Positions 38,482 to 48,753 of a DNA stretch of 64,000 nt are shown here, piece by piece; the stretch's first letter is position 1; every line of letters starts with the position of its first letter. The stretch is from Oceanispirochaeta sp. GTDB lineage: Bacteria; Spirochaetota; Spirochaetia; DSM-2461. Position numbers and translations under genes: made by a program. The stretch is from NCBI GenBank assembly GCA_963663385.2, contig CAXXXD010000003.1, forward strand, positions 1,312,001-1,376,000, in the 5' to 3' direction. A model generated the notes under the pieces. That model ran no database searches. It worked only from the letters and a program-made list of their open reading frames with translations, and was not told the origin of the DNA.

Positions 38482-39495
38482 ATGACCATCGATTCTCTCT
38501 ATGAGAAACTTAATAAGATTAAATTCGGAGAGATGCCTGAAGAGCATCTACGTTCTCTTTGCGAACGCTTCTTTCCAACCATACGCGAAATTGAAGAGTT
38601 AAAAAAAGAAACCGATACGGTCATCCTGGCTCATTCCTATGTAAAATCCAACATTATCTACTCCGTATCCGACTATGTGGGAGATTCCTATGAACTGAGT
38701 AAAAATGCCATGGAAGCGGAACAGAAGCGGATTATTTTTGCAGCAGTCCGCTTTATGGGAGAAACAGCCAAAATTCTGAGTCCCCAGAAGGATGTGCTGA
38801 TCCCCGGAACAAACCCGGCCTGCACACTGGCTGACAGTATTACAACCGAAGATATGCAGAAGCTCAGAAAAGAATACCCGGACTACTCCTTTCTCTGCTA
38901 TATCAATACTACAGCCGAAGTAAAGGCTGAGTGCGATGCCTGTGTTACCTCGGCCAATGTCTACGATATTGTTGAAAAATATCCCTCTGATAAAATCTAT
39001 TTTGTTCCTGACCGTTTAATGGGGCAGAATATTATTGAGGAGATGGAAAAACGCCGGATAAAGAAGGATATTAAGGTCTGGAGCGGTTCCTGCTATGCTC
39101 ATGAAGAGTATACCCCGGAAATGATTGAAGCACTCAGAATGAAGTACAGCGATCTGACTGTAATGGTTCATCCGGAATGCTCTCCCCAGGTCCTGCAGCA
39201 GGCGGATTTTGTAGGCAGTACCTCGCAGCTCTATAATTATATTAAGGACCTGAACCGGGGTCATTTTCTTATGCTTACCGAATGCGGACTTATATCCAGA
39301 ATTGAAGCTGAGATGCCCGAAAAGATGTTTGTCGGGACATGTGCCCTCTGCAAATATATGAAGTCCAATACCCTGGATGACATATTAAGGGTTTTAAAGA
39401 ATCCCCTTCCATCGGATTATGTAGAGATAGATGAGGATATCAGGCGAAAGGCTCAAATAAGCATTAACAGGATGTTTGAAATCGCCGAATCCTGA
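38482..39495 (+). CDS. nadA: Quinolinate synthase
   Basis: ILAHSY, VGDS, VRFMGETAKIL, CTLAD, YINT, CVTSAN, HPEC, GSTS and CKYMK motifs. Confidence 0.95.
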   Translation: MTIDSLYEKLNKIKFGEMPEEHLRSLCERFFPTIREIEELKKETDTVILAHSYVKSNIIYSVSDYVGDSYELSKNAMEAEQKRIIFAAVRFMGETAKILSPQKDVLIPGTNPACTLADSITTEDMQKLRKEYPDYSFLCYINTTAEVKAECDACVTSANVYDIVEKYPSDKIYFVPDRLMGQNIIEEMEKRRIKKDIKVWSGSCYAHEEYTPEMIEALRMKYSDLTVMVHPECSPQVLQQADFVGSTSQLYNYIKDLNRGHFLMLTECGLISRIEAEMPEKMFVGTCALCKYMKSNTLDDILRVLKNPLPSDYVEIDEDIRRKAQISINRMFEIAES

Positions 39496-39679
39496 TCCGT
39501 AATTAAACTTTTAGGAGTGGGGATCCCGCCTCTAGGCAGGGATTTCCATCACCGGTGTTTCCATGCAGCAGGATAGAACAGCCTGTACCGGAACCGTGAT
39601 GAAGAATATTCCCGTTTTCCCTTTGACAGTCGGGTAGGGTTATTGCTGAAAAAATAACAAATAAGAGCCGGTCCCTCTG

Positions 39680-40111
39680 TCATTGTTCATGAACCAGTTT
39701 TCCTTTTATCCTGTTAAGCAGAGTAGAGCTATAGTGCTCCCTTTTGTATGGAGGCAGGCGTTTAATATGAATTTTCATATGATGCTCCTTCAACCATTGT
39801 CTGAGATTTTCTTCCAGAGCTGTCTGATCATGCCCCAGACAGATAATGTCCGGCTGAACCTCCTTAAGGATTCCATAGGTTCCTATTTCTTCATCAGCCA
39901 GAAATGCATCATAAACAAGGGGATGGTTTTTTATACTCTGTAAGCGCCTGCTTTCATTATGAAGGGGAGTCTTATGTTTGAATCCCTGTACAAATTTATC
40001 TCTCGCAACTATAACAATAAGGCATTTGCCATGTTTAGCTGCCTTTTCCAGGAAAAACTCATGCCCCGGATGAATATTATCAAAAGTACCGAATACTAAT
40101 ACATATTTCAT
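39680..40111 (-). CDS. Stand-alone cytidylyltransferase-family nucleotidyltransferase (archaeal RibL/FAD synthase-like)
   Basis: FGTFDNIHPGH (HxGH), IVARD, PDIICLGHDQ and YSST motifs; start set at MKYVLV. Confidence 0.8.
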   Translation of the reverse strand: MKYVLVFGTFDNIHPGHEFFLEKAAKHGKCLIVIVARDKFVQGFKHKTPLHNESRRLQSIKNHPLVYDAFLADEEIGTYGILKEVQPDIICLGHDQTALEENLRQWLKEHHMKIHIKRLPPYKREHYSSTLLNRIKGKLVHEQ

Positions 40112-40515
40112 GAATAAACCTTTCTTAACAGAGGGTATAATACCAGAAACCCGAACCATAAGAAAGCCCTGATATTCCTCAAAAATGTGACTGCGAATAT
40201 ATAAATGAAAGGAGAATCATGGAAAAGAAAAAAAAATGGTGATTTTTTTGTAGAGAAAAAATAGTGAAATTGTTAAAAGAAACCGGCATTTACTAGTTAT
40301 TGCCCTCATTAATTCCTGTCCAAACCTTATAGAAAACTGTTATTTGTTTATTTTTCATTCTATAAACTGACAATTTAAGTGTTGTTTGACTTTAAAGTGA
40401 GCATACCATGAAGATCCTGTGAAGGGTCATGAATGTTCACTATTTGTCATAACAGGATCAGAAGGGTTATATTGAAATCAGATAAAAACAGAAAATTATT
40501 TTTGGGAGGATATAT

Positions 40516-41067
40516 ATGCAAGTACTGAAAGAATCCGTTAGACAGAGGATCGTAACATCAGCCCGGAAAGAGTTCCGGAAAAAAAGTTTTGAGAAAGCAT
40601 CAATGAGAGCCATCGCTTCATCCGCCGGGATGACAGTCGGCAACCTCTACCGCTACTATAAAAACAAGGAAGACCTGTTCGGCTCAATCATAGAACCCCT
40701 TTATAAATCCCTTCAGGGATTAAAGAAGGAAATACAGACTGTGGAAGGAGACAAGATTTCCTGGCTTCTGACTCAGCTGAAGGATTTACAGAAAGAGTAC
40801 AGAATTGAATGGCTGATTCTGTCAGCCGGATCTCAGGGCTCCAAATACGAAAAAGCCCTGGACAATGTTTATGCTCTGCTTCAGACTACAATCAAGGAAG
40901 TCCTGACAGAAAACAACAAACAGTCCAGCCTGGCAGCTCCGGTTGCGTCTGCCATTCTTCACGGTTTGAGAACAATTCTTCAAACCGAAAAGAAGAACTC
41001 TCCCGAAGTTGTGGATGAGTTCCTGCAGTTCATGATGTCAGATATGATCAAAAGAGTAGCTTCATAA
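40516..41067 (+). CDS. TetR/AcrR family transcriptional regulator
   Basis: HTH ASMRAIASSAGMTVGNLYRYYKNKEDLF; GGAGG RBS; candidate promoter TTGTCA-18-TATATT at 40444-40473. Confidence 0.92.
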   Translation: MQVLKESVRQRIVTSARKEFRKKSFEKASMRAIASSAGMTVGNLYRYYKNKEDLFGSIIEPLYKSLQGLKKEIQTVEGDKISWLLTQLKDLQKEYRIEWLILSAGSQGSKYEKALDNVYALLQTTIKEVLTENNKQSSLAAPVASAILHGLRTILQTEKKNSPEVVDEFLQFMMSDMIKRVAS

Positions 41068-41104
41068 AGTTTCTAAATATTACAGAAAATATTTAAACTA
41101 TTGC

Positions 41105-41132
41105 AAAACCGGCCTGTAAGGCCGGTTTTTTT
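41105..41132 (+). terminator. Rho-independent terminator
   Basis: aaaaccggcc-tgtaa-ggccggtttt followed by further Ts. Confidence 0.85.
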
Positions 41133-41145
41133 CTGCCCTTGAATT

Positions 41146-41310
41146 GCCTCCCTCCAAAGGAGGGAGGCCGAATTGATGTCTCCCCTTAGTCAACTATAAA
41201 GAGGGGCCAGGAGCGCTAACTGGTAAAACCCTCTCCCCTTAATCCCCCTGGTCGTATGCTTCGTTTACTGCTCGGGAATGTAACCTTCCTCTCCCAGAGG
41301 GAGAGGGGGT
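41146..41310. repeat. Cluster of REP-like purine/pyrimidine-skewed palindromes
   Basis: gcctccctcc-aaa-ggagggaggc (41146-41168) and cctctccc-aga-gggagagg (41288-41306), with related half-sites between them. Confidence 0.6.
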
Positions 41311-42474
41311 ATTATATAAAAGAGCCGATATAGCATGCATCGCTGCTCCCAGGGGCAGCACGCTTTCATCCATATTGAAGCGGGAGTGGTGGAGGGGGTA
41401 ACTGCTGTCGTCACCACCGCGGCAGCCCAGCCAATAGAAAACCCCGGGGATTTCTTTCAGGTAGTAACTGAAGTCTTCTGCGGTCATCCTGGGCTCTTCC
41501 AGCCATAGAGGAACCGTACAGCCATCAAACTGTCCTGCCTGATTAATAATAAAAGCGGCCATCTCTTTGTTATTGATAACAGGTGGATATTCCGGTTGGA
41601 TATCCAGGTTATAGTTTCCTCTGTAGCGCCTGCAGAACATATCCAGAGTTTCCTTGATTTCTGCTCTTATCTGTTCCCGGATTTCTTCGGAAAAAGTTCT
41701 TATGGTTCCGGATAAACGAACATCCTCGGCAATAGCATTGGGACGGGTTCCCCCTTCAATACTCCCCAAAGTAATTACCGCGGGATGTACAGGATCAATC
41801 AGGCGACTTACTATAAACTGAAAGGAGTTGATTATCTGGGCTGTAATGGCAATGGGATCTACCGACTGATGGGGCAGACCGGCATGGCCTCCTTTGCCTT
41901 TAACTGTAATAAAAAAGTTATCTGTCGAAGCCATGGCCCGGCCTTCGTTGACGGCAACCGTACCGGTAGGCAGGGACGGATCCAGGTGGACGGCAAAGAT
42001 CCCTCTTACTTCAGAAAGCAGACCGGACTGCATGATGGGCAGGGCTCCGCCGGGACCTTCTTCCCCCGGCTGAAATACCATATAAGTATCCTGTGGCAGC
42101 TTTTTTGCAGAAAGGAGTTTGGCAGCCCCCAGGAGCATGCTCATATGCCCGTCGTGTCCACAGGCGTGCATAACCCCTTCTCTGGTTGAACAGTAGGAGA
42201 TCCTGTTGGCTTCGGGTATCTCCAGGGCATCCATATCAGCCCGGAGAGCTATTGGTGCACCGTCGGGGTTCCCCGGAATCCGGGCGATTACGCTGTTCAC
42301 GGGGCAGTCATCCAGTATTTCTATGTCCCAGTCCAATAGCAGGGTTCTTATGGTCGCGGCAGTATGCCTTACATCCAGACCCGTTTCAGGATGGCTGTGA
42401 AAAATCCGTCTCCATTCTATCAGGGAAGCCTGTAGTTCAAGGGCTTCATCCAGAATGCTTTTGTTGAGTTTCAT
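41239..42474 (-). CDS. M20D family amidohydrolase
   Basis: FHSHPE, LRADMDAL, MHACGHDGH, FQPGEEG, GKGGH, AEDFS and PLHH motifs. Confidence 0.93.
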   Translation of the reverse strand: MKLNKSILDEALELQASLIEWRRIFHSHPETGLDVRHTAATIRTLLLDWDIEILDDCPVNSVIARIPGNPDGAPIALRADMDALEIPEANRISYCSTREGVMHACGHDGHMSMLLGAAKLLSAKKLPQDTYMVFQPGEEGPGGALPIMQSGLLSEVRGIFAVHLDPSLPTGTVAVNEGRAMASTDNFFITVKGKGGHAGLPHQSVDPIAITAQIINSFQFIVSRLIDPVHPAVITLGSIEGGTRPNAIAEDVRLSGTIRTFSEEIREQIRAEIKETLDMFCRRYRGNYNLDIQPEYPPVINNKEMAAFIINQAGQFDGCTVPLWLEEPRMTAEDFSYYLKEIPGVFYWLGCRGGDDSSYPLHHSRFNMDESVLPLGAAMHAISALLYNTPSPSGRGRLHSRAVNEAYDQGD

Positions 42475-42604
42475 ATAATTGTCAGTATAGAAGTTGTGAC
42501 TTTCCGCTTCAAGAGGAGTATTGTTAATACGCTTATAGACAGTAATCAGCCAATTATGATATTTTTACACAGCACTTAACAAGGTTATTTACGGAGAAAA
42601 TCAC

Positions 42605-43411
42605 ATGCTTCAGCAGGTTTTAAAAAATAGCAGAAAAGTTGTTATCAAAATCGGATCCAATACGCTTTCCAAACCTGACGGAACCATTAATCATGATTTT
42701 TTCAAAGGTCTTGCCTACCAGATAGCGGAGCTTAAAAAGGCGGGCAAACAGGTAGTCGTTGTAACCTCCGGAGCCAGAATTGCCGGTGTATCCACACTGG
42801 GAAAATGGAAAAGAAAGGGTGATATGCATTACAAGCAGGCACTCTGTGCCATCGGGCAGGTAGAGCTGATGGATTCCTACCGCCGGGTGCTGAAAGAGTA
42901 CGATATTCTGATTGGCCAGATCCTGCTGACAGGAGATGACTTTTCCGACCCGAACCGTACCCTGCGTATCCGCAATACCCTGTTCACCCTCCTGGATGAA
43001 GGTGTTGTCCCCGTTATCAATGAAAACGACTCTGTCAGTGTTGATGAGCTGGAACAGGAGGTCAGGATCGGAGACAACGATAACCTGGCCGCTCTGACTG
43101 CGGAGCTGTGGAATGCGGATCTGCTTTTTGTTATGAGCGATATTGACGGTGTATTTGATAAAGACCCCACTACAGCGAAGGACGCACAGCTGCTGGAGGT
43201 GGTTCATGACTCGGACAAGGTTCTCAACTCCATAGAAGTGGGGGAGAAGGGCTCCTTTGGCACCGGCGGGATTGTTACCAAGATCGATGCGGCCCGGAAG
43301 GTCAATGAGTACGGGATTCCCATGATCCTGGCAAACGGGAAGCAGCCTGAAATAATTCTCCGTCTGCTGAACGGCGAACTGAGGGGCACTGTTTTCCTGC
43401 CTCGGGAATAG
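42605..43411 (+). CDS. proB: Glutamate 5-kinase (no PUA domain)
   Basis: VIKIGSN, VTSGA, QALCAIGQ, PVINEND, GDNDNLAA and GTGGIVTK motifs. Confidence 0.95.
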   Translation: MLQQVLKNSRKVVIKIGSNTLSKPDGTINHDFFKGLAYQIAELKKAGKQVVVVTSGARIAGVSTLGKWKRKGDMHYKQALCAIGQVELMDSYRRVLKEYDILIGQILLTGDDFSDPNRTLRIRNTLFTLLDEGVVPVINENDSVSVDELEQEVRIGDNDNLAALTAELWNADLLFVMSDIDGVFDKDPTTAKDAQLLEVVHDSDKVLNSIEVGEKGSFGTGGIVTKIDAARKVNEYGIPMILANGKQPEIILRLLNGELRGTVFLPRE

Positions 43412-43622
43412 ATCAACCGGTGTTCCTGATGGAAAAATCTTGTTTATCTCTTACAATGGTAAACCTGTTGCTTTTGAATATTACATAGAAAATTCACCAG
43501 CTTATTACCAATACACTCCCTGAATCCATGATCATAAGAAAACATTGTACCAGACAACCCTATCGGCTTGCAGGTAAATTGGATCTTATGAAGCTATCGC
43601 TGAGGTAGTGTCAGTGAATAAC

Positions 43623-45428
43623 CTACTGAACCGTACTCTCATACTGCAGCTTGTAAAGACTGTAATACAGATCTTTTTTAGCGATCAGTTCCTCATGGGT
43701 CCCCTGTTCCACCAGTTCCCCCTGGGACAGGACAAGGATTCTGTCCGCCTTTTGAATCGTACTGATCCTGTGGGCGATCACAAGAGACGTTCTGCCTTTT
43801 AGCACGGTTTCAAGGGCCTTCTGTACCAGCTTCTCCGTTTCCGAATCGATATTGGCCGTAGCTTCATCCAGAATCACCACATCCGGATTATGGGCCAGCA
43901 CCCGGGCAAAAGAGAGCAGCTGCCTCTGGCCCGCCGAAAGATTGGAACCCCTCTCTTTAACGGGGGAGTCATACCCCTTTTCCATATCCTTTATAAAGTG
44001 ATCGGCCTGAACCTGCTCGGCCGCCTCCCGGATCTTTTCAAAAGGGATATCCGATCCCAGAGCGATATTCTCAGCAATGGTCCCCGAAAACAGAAATACG
44101 TCCTGCTGCACAGCCTGTATGGTGCTCCGGAGAGTGCTCAAGGGGTATTCCGTTATATCCACACCGTCCAGACAGATACGACCGGCCTGAATATCCCATA
44201 GGCGGGCGGCCAATGAAGCAATGGTTGTCTTGCCCGCCCCCGTATATCCCACAATAGCAATTGTTTCGCCCGGCTCTGCTGTAAAGGAGACATTCCTCAG
44301 GACATAATCCTCCTTTTTATAAGCGAAACTGACAGAGTCGAATTCAATTCGCCCCCTGACCGAATCGGGCAGGGCTTTCTGCCCCGAATCATCCAGAGAC
44401 TCTTTCTCATCCAGAATCTGAAAAATCCGTTCTCCCCCGGCCATGGCGGACTGCATAATGGTGAATTTCTCACTCAAATCCATAACGGGCCGGTAGAACT
44501 TCTGAATCAGGTCGATAAACGCAATCAGAACCCCCAGGGTCAGAATGCCCCTGTTATACATACCCCCCCCGAGGTATATGACCACTCCCAGAGTAACAGA
44601 AGTAAACAGATCGACCAGAGGCCGAAAAACGGCAAAGACATACATTTCCGCCAGGCTGGCTTTTAACAAATTTTTATTATTTTCATCGAATTCCCGGCGG
44701 GCCCGTCTCTCCTGACCGAAAATCTGTATAACCTCCATGCCGCCGATATGTTCGGACAGAAAACCGTTTACTTTTCCGATCCAGTGACGCTGATTCCGGT
44801 AAGCCGTTCTGGCCAGCCTGCGGAAGACTATTGTGGCAATAAGGACGGGAGGAATAGTGGCAATGGTTATCAGAGCCAGAGAGGGATCCAGTATATAAAG
44901 AGTTACCAGCACACCGCCCATCATGGCGATATCCTTTAAAACAGAAATGGTTACAGAAGTAAAAAACTCATTTATGGTTTCCACATCACTTGTTATCCGT
45001 GAAACCAGATTTCCGACGGGAGTATCCCCCAGATGCCCCAGAGACTGATCCATAACATGGGAGAGCATTCTGATCCTCAGATCTTTCATCACCCCCTGGC
45101 TGGTCCAGGACATGGTGTACATCTGAAAAAAGGAAAATATCAGAATAATTCCCAGAAGTAGAAAATAGAAAAGAGTATTGATTCCAAGGCCTCTTAGATT
45201 CACCGCCTTAACAGTTTCATCCGCCCAGTCTGAAAGGATATACTGATCCATGGTCTGCTGCAGCAGAACCGGAAGAGCCAGCTCGGCCACGGTGGAAATC
45301 AGCAAAGCAATACCCGCAACCAGAAACCAGATTTTATAGGGACCGGCCATGCGGAACAGCCGGCTGACAACCCGATGGTTGTATTCGCTCAAACTGTCAT
45401 TGCTCTTTTCAATATTCAGTTTTTTCAT
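43623..45428 (-). CDS. ABC exporter, fused permease and ATPase (second subunit of a heterodimer)
   Basis: TM domain; GYTGAGKTT, LSAGQRQL, LDEAT and IAHR motifs. Confidence 0.92.
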   Translation of the reverse strand: MKKLNIEKSNDSLSEYNHRVVSRLFRMAGPYKIWFLVAGIALLISTVAELALPVLLQQTMDQYILSDWADETVKAVNLRGLGINTLFYFLLLGIILIFSFFQMYTMSWTSQGVMKDLRIRMLSHVMDQSLGHLGDTPVGNLVSRITSDVETINEFFTSVTISVLKDIAMMGGVLVTLYILDPSLALITIATIPPVLIATIVFRRLARTAYRNQRHWIGKVNGFLSEHIGGMEVIQIFGQERRARREFDENNKNLLKASLAEMYVFAVFRPLVDLFTSVTLGVVIYLGGGMYNRGILTLGVLIAFIDLIQKFYRPVMDLSEKFTIMQSAMAGGERIFQILDEKESLDDSGQKALPDSVRGRIEFDSVSFAYKKEDYVLRNVSFTAEPGETIAIVGYTGAGKTTIASLAARLWDIQAGRICLDGVDITEYPLSTLRSTIQAVQQDVFLFSGTIAENIALGSDIPFEKIREAAEQVQADHFIKDMEKGYDSPVKERGSNLSAGQRQLLSFARVLAHNPDVVILDEATANIDSETEKLVQKALETVLKGRTSLVIAHRISTIQKADRILVLSQGELVEQGTHEELIAKKDLYYSLYKLQYESTVQ

Positions 45429-47167
45429 GACAGTTCATCCTTCTCCATGGATTGAAGAGTATAAATCCGTTTATACAGACCTTCCTGTTTAACAAGTTCT
45501 TCGTGGGTCCCGTACTGATCGATTGCGCCGGCATCCATAACCAGAATATGATTTGAAACCTGGAGGGTCGAGACCCTGTGGGATATTATTATATTGGTCA
45601 TTCCGGCCCGTTTTTGCATAAACTCCCTGAGTATAAACTCTTCGGTTTTTGTATCGACTGCAGACAGGGCATCATCCAGAATGAGTATCTGCGGATCTGC
45701 CAGCAGAGCCCGGGCAAAGGCGATACGCTGCTTCTGACCTCCCGAGAGGGTAACACCCCGTTCTCCTGCCTGAGTCTCCAGCCCGAGAGGAAAGTTTTTC
45801 AGGTCTCTGTCCAGAGTGGATATACGGATCGCTTCATTCAATTCTTCTTCTGATGCATCAGGTTTGGCATAAAGGATATTCTCCCGGATTGTGTGGGAAA
45901 AGAGGATGGTCTCCTGGGGGACCATGGAGATGGAAGCCCGGAGCTCAGATAAACTCAGGGAATGGATAGGGCTGTCGTTATATAAAATCTCACCCTCCCT
46001 GGATTCCAGGATACGGGGCAGCAGCCGGATAAGGGTTGTTTTCCCGCTGCCTGTTTTGCCCAGAATCCCAAGGGTTTCTCCCGCTTTAACTTCAAGTGAA
46101 AGATTATCTACTACCCTGGTGTCTGTCCCGCTGTATTTAAACGCCAGGGAATCTATAGTAAGTTTTTCAAAGAGAGGTACAGCCAGAGGAGATTCTGTGT
46201 TAGAGATTTCCGGTTTGGCATCAAGGATATGATTAATCCTTACAAGAGAAGCCGCACCTCTCTGAATCAGGTTTACTGTAAACCCGGCTCCCAGCATGGG
46301 CCAGATCAGCATCCCCAGATAGGACATAACAGCCACAAAGTCCCCGGGATTTAAATCCCTGTTAATCACCTGACGCCCTCCGAAATAAAGAAGGAGACAG
46401 ACTGTTACACCCGAAAGAAAGGAGACAATGGGAAAGATCAGCCCCCAGATACGGACAAGGGACATATTGGCTTCCCAGTATTCGTCGTTATCCCGGGAAA
46501 ATTCCTTCAGAAAATGCTCTTCCTGCGTAAAAGTCTTGATAACACGAATACCGCTAAGAGTTTCCTGCACCCTCTCGCTCAAAGCAGAGTACCCGTCCTG
46601 TACCCGTTTAAAGCGGGTACCCAGTACTTTTCCGGCAAATAGCACAATTATAGTAATCAGAGGCAGGGGTATAATGGTGACCATAGCCAGATGAGGGTAA
46701 TTGCCTATAAGTATGATCAGTATGGCCAGAGCCATAAAAAGACCGTCTATAAATGCGACAAAAGCCATGCCGCTGGCCATTCTAACAGCTTTCATATCAT
46801 TGGTCATCCTGGCCATCAGATCGCCTGTTTTATTCTTACCGAAAAAAGTGGAACTGAGATCCAGCAGGTGGTAGAAAACATTCCGGCGGAGCTCTATTTC
46901 AATCCGCCGGGAGGCGCCATGAATAAAAAAACGCCAGAAAAAACGCCCCATGGAAACAACAAGGGCAACCAGAACCATATGCAGCATCAAAATACGAATT
47001 GCTTCCAGTTCAAAATGACCGGTCGAAATGGCATTAATGGCATTTTTAATAAATTGCGGTATGTAGAGCAAACCGGCATCCGTTATAATCAGACAGAGGA
47101 TTCCGGCAATATAATAGGGTGTATACTTTTTTAGATAGGGGAGTAGAGTTCTGTATTCTTTCAACAT
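45425..47167 (-). CDS. ABC exporter, fused permease and ATPase (first subunit of a heterodimer, degenerate site)
   Basis: [24 protein letters not shown] and LDDALSAVD (catalytic E replaced by D, typical of heterodimers). Confidence 0.92.
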   Translation of the reverse strand: MLKEYRTLLPYLKKYTPYYIAGILCLIITDAGLLYIPQFIKNAINAISTGHFELEAIRILMLHMVLVALVVSMGRFFWRFFIHGASRRIEIELRRNVFYHLLDLSSTFFGKNKTGDLMARMTNDMKAVRMASGMAFVAFIDGLFMALAILIILIGNYPHLAMVTIIPLPLITIIVLFAGKVLGTRFKRVQDGYSALSERVQETLSGIRVIKTFTQEEHFLKEFSRDNDEYWEANMSLVRIWGLIFPIVSFLSGVTVCLLLYFGGRQVINRDLNPGDFVAVMSYLGMLIWPMLGAGFTVNLIQRGAASLVRINHILDAKPEISNTESPLAVPLFEKLTIDSLAFKYSGTDTRVVDNLSLEVKAGETLGILGKTGSGKTTLIRLLPRILESREGEILYNDSPIHSLSLSELRASISMVPQETILFSHTIRENILYAKPDASEEELNEAIRISTLDRDLKNFPLGLETQAGERGVTLSGGQKQRIAFARALLADPQILILDDALSAVDTKTEEFILREFMQKRAGMTNIIISHRVSTLQVSNHILVMDAGAIDQYGTHEELVKQEGLYKRIYTLQSMEKDELS

Positions 47168-47231
47168 TCTGTAAATATAATAAAAAAAAATGGCTCCGGG
47201 TCTTAATCACCGGAACCTTTTAATCTTTTTA

Positions 47232-47963
47232 TTACAGAATATGTTTCAGAAACTTTTTGGTCCGTTCCTCTTTGGGGTTGTCAAAAACTTCTGAAGGAGT
47301 TCCCTCTTCAACAATCTGACCTTCATCCATAAAAACGACCCGGTCCGCCGCAGCTCGTGCAAATCCCATTTCATGGGATACTACCATCATGGTCATCCCG
47401 TCCTTTGCAAGGGCCATCATAACATCCAGAACTTCCTTTACCATCTCCGGATCAAGAGCTGATGTAGGCTCGTCAAAGAGCATAACCTTGGGATTCATGG
47501 CCAGGGCTCTGGCTATGGCAACCCGCTGTTTCTGTCCACCCGATAACTGACCGGGAAAAGATTTTTCCTTTTCGGAAAGTCCTACCTGGTTCAGAAGCTT
47601 CCGGGCATTTTCCTCAGCCGCTGCTTTATCCACTTTTTTAACATGCCGGGGAGAGAGGGTAATATTATCCAGAACAGTCAGGTGGGGAAACAGGTTAAAA
47701 TCCTGAAAAACCATTCCCACTTCCTCCCGGATCTTTCGTATATCCGAATTGGGATCGGTTACACTGTCTCCGTCAATAGCAATATCTCCGCTAGTGAGAA
47801 CTTCCAGACGGTTTACACTCCTTAAAAGGGTGCTCTTCCCGCTTCCCGAGGGACCGATTACCAGAACGACCTCGCCTGTCCTGACTTCCAGGCTGGCTCC
47901 GTTTAGAGCCTTTACCACACCAAAATCCTTAACGGCGTTTTTTATTGAGATCCTATTTTCCAT
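47232..47963 (-). CDS. Polar amino acid ABC transporter ATP-binding protein (GlnQ-like)
   Basis: [26 protein letters not shown] and [11 protein letters not shown] motifs; start MENRIS. Confidence 0.95.
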   Translation of the reverse strand: MENRISIKNAVKDFGVVKALNGASLEVRTGEVVLVIGPSGSGKSTLLRSVNRLEVLTSGDIAIDGDSVTDPNSDIRKIREEVGMVFQDFNLFPHLTVLDNITLSPRHVKKVDKAAAEENARKLLNQVGLSEKEKSFPGQLSGGQKQRVAIARALAMNPKVMLFDEPTSALDPEMVKEVLDVMMALAKDGMTMMVVSHEMGFARAAADRVVFMDEGQIVEEGTPSEVFDNPKEERTKKFLKHIL

Positions 47964-48753
47964 TAACAGCCATCCTTTCTTCCATAATGGCAACCAATCG
48001 GGAGAGGAAGAGAGTAAGCACAAGGTAAACCAGGGCTACCATTGTATAACTTTCAAAATACAGAAAGGAAGTAGACGCAAATTCCCGTCCTCTGCGCAGC
48101 AGATCTGCGATAGCCAGAACGGAAACAAGAGATGAATCTTTCAGAAGGGCAATGAACTCATTACCGATAGCCGGAAGGATAACCCTCATTGTCTGAGGCA
48201 GGATAACAAGACGCAGGGCCTGTCCTCTGGTCATACCCAGAGCAATGGAAGCTTCCATCTGCCCTTTGGGAATGGATTGAATCCCCGCCCGGAATATCTC
48301 GCCCATATAGGCCCCGTAGCAGACGGCCATGGCAATTACTGCTGCGACCATCCCCTGGATATTCAGGAATTTCCCCAGGGCAAAATAAATATAGAATAAC
48401 TGAACCAGCAGAGGTATACCCCTGATCAGTTCGACGTATATTGTTGCCACACGGTTAAACGCGGTAATCCGGGAGATCTGCCCCAGACCGGTTAATAAAC
48501 CAATCAGGGTAGCGCATATAATAGCCATTACAGTTACCTGGAATGTTACAAGGATTCCATCAGGAAGGAATTTCATAATACGCCAGTAGGGATCCGGCTT
48601 AACAACAGGAAGCAGTATTAATAGAGCAATAGCACCTATAAAAGTAATCTGCCACGACGAGAACAGGCCCTTATTGCCTTTGGCAGGAATAAGGGCGCCA
48701 TCAGTGACTTCTATACGAGTATGGCTATTGCCATGATCGTTTAGCGAAGCCAT
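47953..48753 (-). CDS. Polar amino acid ABC transporter permease
   Basis: [34 protein letters not shown] and LLKDSSL motifs. Confidence 0.95.
   Translation of the reverse strand: MASLNDHGNSHTRIEVTDGALIPAKGNKGLFSSWQITFIGAIALLILLPVVKPDPYWRIMKFLPDGILVTFQVTVMAIICATLIGLLTGLGQISRITAFNRVATIYVELIRGIPLLVQLFYIYFALGKFLNIQGMVAAVIAMAVCYGAYMGEIFRAGIQSIPKGQMEASIALGMTRGQALRLVILPQTMRVILPAIGNEFIALLKDSSLVSVLAIADLLRRGREFASTSFLYFESYTMVALVYLVLTLFLSRLVAIMEERMAVNGK

Noticed and set aside
43412..43622. Short open frame VPDGKILFISYNGKPVAFEYY... after proB, possibly a gene remnant
   Set aside because: It is too short, has no clear start or RBS, and cannot be supported without a search.
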